Part shown: positions 59,756-64,000 of the stretch, in pieces
Numbering within the stretch: the stretch's first letter is position 1
Layout of the letters: each line of letters begins with the position of its first letter
Source: Candidatus Altiarchaeota archaeon
GTDB lineage: Archaea > Altiarchaeota > Altiarchaeia > IMC4 > SCGC-AAA252-I15
DNA: 64,000 nt
NCBI GenBank assembly: GCA_043804895.1
Contig: JAZDIN010000004.1
Location: 8,887-72,886, forward strand
Direction: 5' to 3'
Notes under the pieces: generated by a model
Seen by the model: the letters and a program-made list of their open reading frames with translations, nothing else
The model's database searches: none
What the model was told of the DNA's origin: nothing
Position numbers and translations under genes: made by a program

Positions 59756-60178
59756 TTATTGAGCCTTGGCGAACTTCATCTTCTCAGCCTTCACCGTAAC
59801 GGTGGGGAGCTGCATCGGCGAGGGGAGCTGCAGTTTCCTTGAGAGTGCCAGCGCCTCGACTATGCTCTCCTGTATCACGGAGTTGGAGAGTTCGCGTATT
59901 ACTTCGTTGTTTATCTCTATCTTGTCCTTCAGGTCTGAGACGACGGTGTCCAGTTTAGGGTGGGTGTACCACATCGACCCCTCAAGGTGGATGCTCCCTA
60001 TTTCAGGCTCGAACCTCACGTCGTAGCTGAAGTTCACGTGGAGGTATTCGCCTATCCTCTTGTCCTTCCCCCTCTTCATGGAAAGGAGGGTGGAATTGGC
60101 CTTCACCTCTATGCTCTTCACGTCCTTGTCCTTGCGTTCCCCGCTCAGTTTGTTCAGCTTAACGTTGAAAACCGTCAT
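59756..60178 (-). CDS. Hypothetical protein (140 aa)
   Basis: The ORF fills the interval. No motif recognised. Confidence 0.55.
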   Translation of the reverse strand: MTVFNVKLNKLSGERKDKDVKSIEVKANSTLLSMKRGKDKRIGEYLHVNFSYDVRFEPEIGSIHLEGSMWYTHPKLDTVVSDLKDKIEINNEVIRELSNSVIQESIVEALALSRKLQLPSPMQLPTVTVKAEKMKFAKAQ

Positions 60179-60215
60179 CGTACAACTTAATATGCAACCA
60201 TCATTTAAAAATGCG

Positions 60216-60917
60216 TCAGGCAGGCCGTATGTATATCTCCCCGAAAAGCTGCTCCTGGGTCAGAATCACCCTCTGGCTGTTGGAGAGGTGGAGGATGCTC
60301 ATGAACGTGTACAGTATCTCATCCCTGGTCTTCGCCATCTCGCTGAAGAGGGCTACGTCCCTTCCGGACAGTATGCCCATAATCTTACTGTAAGTGTCCT
60401 CTATGAGCTCGATTATGTTCACCTCAGACTCTAGGATTAGTTCGGTGACGCCAACCTCCTGCTTGTTTGAAGCCCTCAATGTCATGCGCTCGAAGGTCTT
60501 CGTCCGCTCTGTGAGGGCGTCCTGTATCGCCTCAATAAGCTCGTTCGCAGTTATGCGCCTAGTCAGTACCCTCGCAGGCTTGATTGAGATGGGGTAAGGC
60601 TCCACGTCCCCGCCCAGGAGCGCAGCCACGGGATAGTCTGAGTTGAATATGAAGTTCAACGATGTTGCGAAGTCGGCATACTCCTCCTTGTCTGGCGTGA
60701 GAATCTCGGCCTTCATCCTAAGCAGGACGGAGCAGACGAGGACGACGTTCGCAGGAATCCGGAAGTTCATCTCCCTCATCTCGTCAACCGTCTGGGAGTA
60801 TCTTGTCGCAAGCTCGAGTATGTCAACATTCCAGGGGTCCATCCCTTTGAGGACTCCATAGAGTATGTCCCTCCACGCCACGTCCTCCGATCCCATCAGT
60901 TCGTCAAGATTATCCAT
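60216..60917 (-). CDS. scpA: Segregation and condensation protein A (kleisin)
   Basis: MDNLDELMGSEDVAWRDILYGVLKGMDPWNVDILELATRYSQTVDEM...FRIPANVVLVCSVLLRMKAE, with a C-terminal wHTH (VALFSEMAKTRDEILYTFMSILHLSN). The track ORF begins 23 codons upstream. Confidence 0.75.
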   Translation of the reverse strand: MDNLDELMGSEDVAWRDILYGVLKGMDPWNVDILELATRYSQTVDEMREMNFRIPANVVLVCSVLLRMKAEILTPDKEEYADFATSLNFIFNSDYPVAALLGGDVEPYPISIKPARVLTRRITANELIEAIQDALTERTKTFERMTLRASNKQEVGVTELILESEVNIIELIEDTYSKIMGILSGRDVALFSEMAKTRDEILYTFMSILHLSNSQRVILTQEQLFGEIYIRPA

Positions 60918-61040
60918 GGCCAAAACCATATAAAAGCCAACACACCCCTGTGGAATAATATATGGCGAAAGGACAATAAAAACCATCTAAAGTCGCCGGT
61001 TTTATAAACCAGAAAGAGCCAAGGGCACGGAGTAAAAGGC

Positions 61041-61958
61041 TTAGATCTCTATATTTACTCCCATCGTTAGATTACGCAAAGAACTAGCACTAAGGTATCT
61101 GCCCAGTTCATCAAGCCTATCTAAACTTGCGCGTAGTTCTACTTCACTCACATTAATTTCTCTAACTGTCGGCTTGGCTAATAGTTGGGTAAAATTTATA
61201 CCCCGGGTGGTTGGCCCCTTTTCAGAGCTAAATTCTTTTAAGATGGCACGATCCACTAGCGCTTTTCTTCTTGCATCGTCGTTAGTACGTAGGGTATAAA
61301 CAGTGTTTTGCACCAGATGGGGGGCCGACAAGCCAGGTAATTGGCAGCTGAGCATGATTTTCTTAGAGTCGACAGTAGTTCCGTAAAGTCTCTCCATTAG
61401 CGAGAGGTCTGGGAGCGGGTTCCATTTGCGAACTTCGTGGTAAATGAGGAATGCGCCGCGATTGTTCAAGAGCGCACCCATAAGCGCGAATGGAAGGGTG
61501 CCACGATGTAGAGGAACTGGCTCAAAAGACGCACTCCAATCATATTGGAAGGGATGCTCAGGCCCTAAAGCAGCATCTCTTAGTGAAAAGGAAGTAACAC
61601 CGGTCCCTTTTTCCTTCGCATGGTCAGTGATTGATTCGGAGATGTCAGTATAGTGCACCCTGTTGCCAGCGCTTGCGAGAGCTTGCGCGACTTCTCCAGA
61701 GCCTCCAGCGAAAAAGAGTATTGTGCTGCGCTCTATTCCGAGTTTTTCATTTAAGTCGGGGTCTACGGGGTGAATGTTTTGACTATCGGAAAAATATAGA
61801 ATCCTAGTGCCATCCTCCCAGCTAGTGCCTCTCCCATGTCGGAGGATTAGATTAAGGTCTGGAATTTTTAGCAAACGCTCGCGGTTAGTGACATTGCCTT
61901 CTAATACCCCTGGGAGGTAATCAATCAAAAACTCGCGTACAGGTCTTTGACTTGCCAT
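61041..61958 (-). CDS. Putative class I SAM-dependent methyltransferase-like protein
   Basis: 305 aa. ILFFAGGSGEVAQALASAGNRVHYTDIS resembles motif I plus the acidic post-I residue. AT-richer by eye. Confidence 0.5.
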   Translation of the reverse strand: MASQRPVREFLIDYLPGVLEGNVTNRERLLKIPDLNLILRHGRGTSWEDGTRILYFSDSQNIHPVDPDLNEKLGIERSTILFFAGGSGEVAQALASAGNRVHYTDISESITDHAKEKGTGVTSFSLRDAALGPEHPFQYDWSASFEPVPLHRGTLPFALMGALLNNRGAFLIYHEVRKWNPLPDLSLMERLYGTTVDSKKIMLSCQLPGLSAPHLVQNTVYTLRTNDDARRKALVDRAILKEFSSEKGPTTRGINFTQLLAKPTVREINVSEVELRASLDRLDELGRYLSASSLRNLTMGVNIEI

Positions 61959-62088
61959 ACTATAATGATAAATATGCCTTGGAGGTATAAATGACAGGCA
62001 GGTAGTCTGCCGTCCACTAACCTTGTTAGCGCCAGTCTACATCCGACTAACGGTTTTTATTTGCCTTCTACAATACATTACCCATTGA

Positions 62089-63083
<995 letters not shown>

Positions 63084-63084
<1 letters not shown>

Positions 63085-64000
63085 TGGATAGGACCGGCCT
63101 AGTCTACCATCAGGGGTGCCTTAGGCACATACCGGCGAGAGGCAACCCGGAGGTTCCTGAGCGTATCTCAGGGACGTTCGATTACTTCAGGGAGAGTGGA
63201 CTCCTCGGCAGGCTCACGCTCCTGACTCCTGAACCCGCCTCTGTCGAGGACATCCTGAGAGTCCACAGCCAGGAGCACCTTGACTACGTGAGAAACACGA
63301 GCGAGTTAGGGTATGGGGAAGAGGACCTTGTGAACAGCGACATATACATCAGCCAGTACACGTACGAGGCCGCCCTACTTGCCGCGGGTGGGGTGATACT
63401 CGGAGCAGAATCAGTATGGGAGAAAACAGTGGAAAACTGCTTCTGCCTTGTGAGGCCCCCCGGCCATCATGCATCCAGCTTCCCGTCAGGGTTCTGCTAT
63501 TTCAACAACGTCGCAGTCGCGGTAAGGCATGTGCAAGGGGGGTATGGCATCAAGAGAGTCGCAATCTTCGACTGGGATGCGCACGCAGGCAACGGGACGA
63601 TGAGGCTCTTCTACCAGGACCCGAGTGTGCTCACAATCTCAGTGCACCGCGACCCCAACTACTTCTACCCAGGGGAGGGATTCGCAGACCAGATAGGCGA
63701 GGGAGAAGGCCGAGGATATTGCATGAACATCCCAGTACAGTATGGCACCGGGGATGCGGACTACATGTTCGCACTCGATGACTTCGTCCTGCCAGTGTTG
63801 CGAAAATACAAGCCTGAGATGATTTTCGTCTCAGCAGGCCAGGACAGCCGGGTCGACGACACACTCGGCGGATTGAACGTCACAGACGACGGCTACGTGA
63901 CGATGACGAGTAAGCTCATGGAAGCTGCGGCCGAACTTTGCGAAGGCAAACTCATCCTCACCCTAGAGGGCGGATATAATCTAGATGCCCTCCCCAAAAC
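63084..64000 (+). CDS. Histone deacetylase-family amidohydrolase (AcuC / acetylpolyamine amidohydrolase-like); the 3' end runs off the window
   Basis: Absent from the track because it is truncated. My translation reads [15 protein letters not shown]...[10 protein letters not shown]...[10 protein letters not shown]...[12 protein letters not shown]...SAGQDS. The start overlaps the gap stop (TGATG). Confidence 0.85.

Overview
This window looks like a gene-dense archaeal chromosome segment, about 50% GC by eye (nothing was computed). Archaeal markers are the exosome subunit Csl4 followed by RNA polymerase subunit L/Rpo11, an aIF-2B-like MtnA, Lhr plus a metallophosphoesterase, a KaiC-like ATPase, and ScpA/ScpB. 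I found no rRNA, tRNA, CRISPR array, transposase or integrase.

Housekeeping content:
- A polyamine operon: an ODC-like decarboxylase with a bacterial-type homospermidine synthase.
- An ABC exporter and a membrane spermidine-synthase-like fusion protein.
- leuA/cimA and ilvD, gpmI, mtnA, and a flavodoxin/Zn-ADH/class I aldolase operon.
- A class II aldolase with ahcY, two HtpX/M48 peptidases (one coupled to LemA), glycosyltransferases, type I GAPDH and an HDAC-family amidohydrolase.

Features that ordinary annotation would not explain:
1. A 102-nt non-coding element occurs in three copies (11784-11885, 30453-30554, 50679-50780). It keeps a two-domain hairpin fold through about 7 compensatory base-pair substitutions. 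Every copy sits after AT/TAT and ends in TAT. Two copies lie exactly on start codons, and one splits an overlapping MNT/HEPN toxin-antitoxin pair.
2. Three further small TAT-delimited hairpin modules (47, 54/55 and 62 nt) are concatenated in different order and orientation at two loci. One locus gives a filled-versus-empty-site comparison.
3. An 85-110-nt repeat family (5 copies plus 2 short core-only matches, all on the + strand) partitions two AT-richer accessory islands into 1-2-gene cassette-like units. The cargo is RsgA, a CDF transporter plus a methyltransferase, Yip1, Fic, and a Cys-rich surface protein.
4. A 2621-aa cytoplasmic ORFan ending in four tandem winged-helix-like modules is wedged between leuA and ilvD.
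5. A GC-rich, hairpin-dense ~300-nt non-coding block with an internal tandem motif lies upstream of lhr.
6. A 779-aa protein carries two HExxH motifs, plus a C-terminal tandem duplication whose second copy has lost the motif.
7. There is a toxin-antitoxin cluster: MNT/HEPN, RHH, RHH-RelE and VapBC.

All protein calls rest on motifs I read in the supplied translations or in my own translations. No database search was run.
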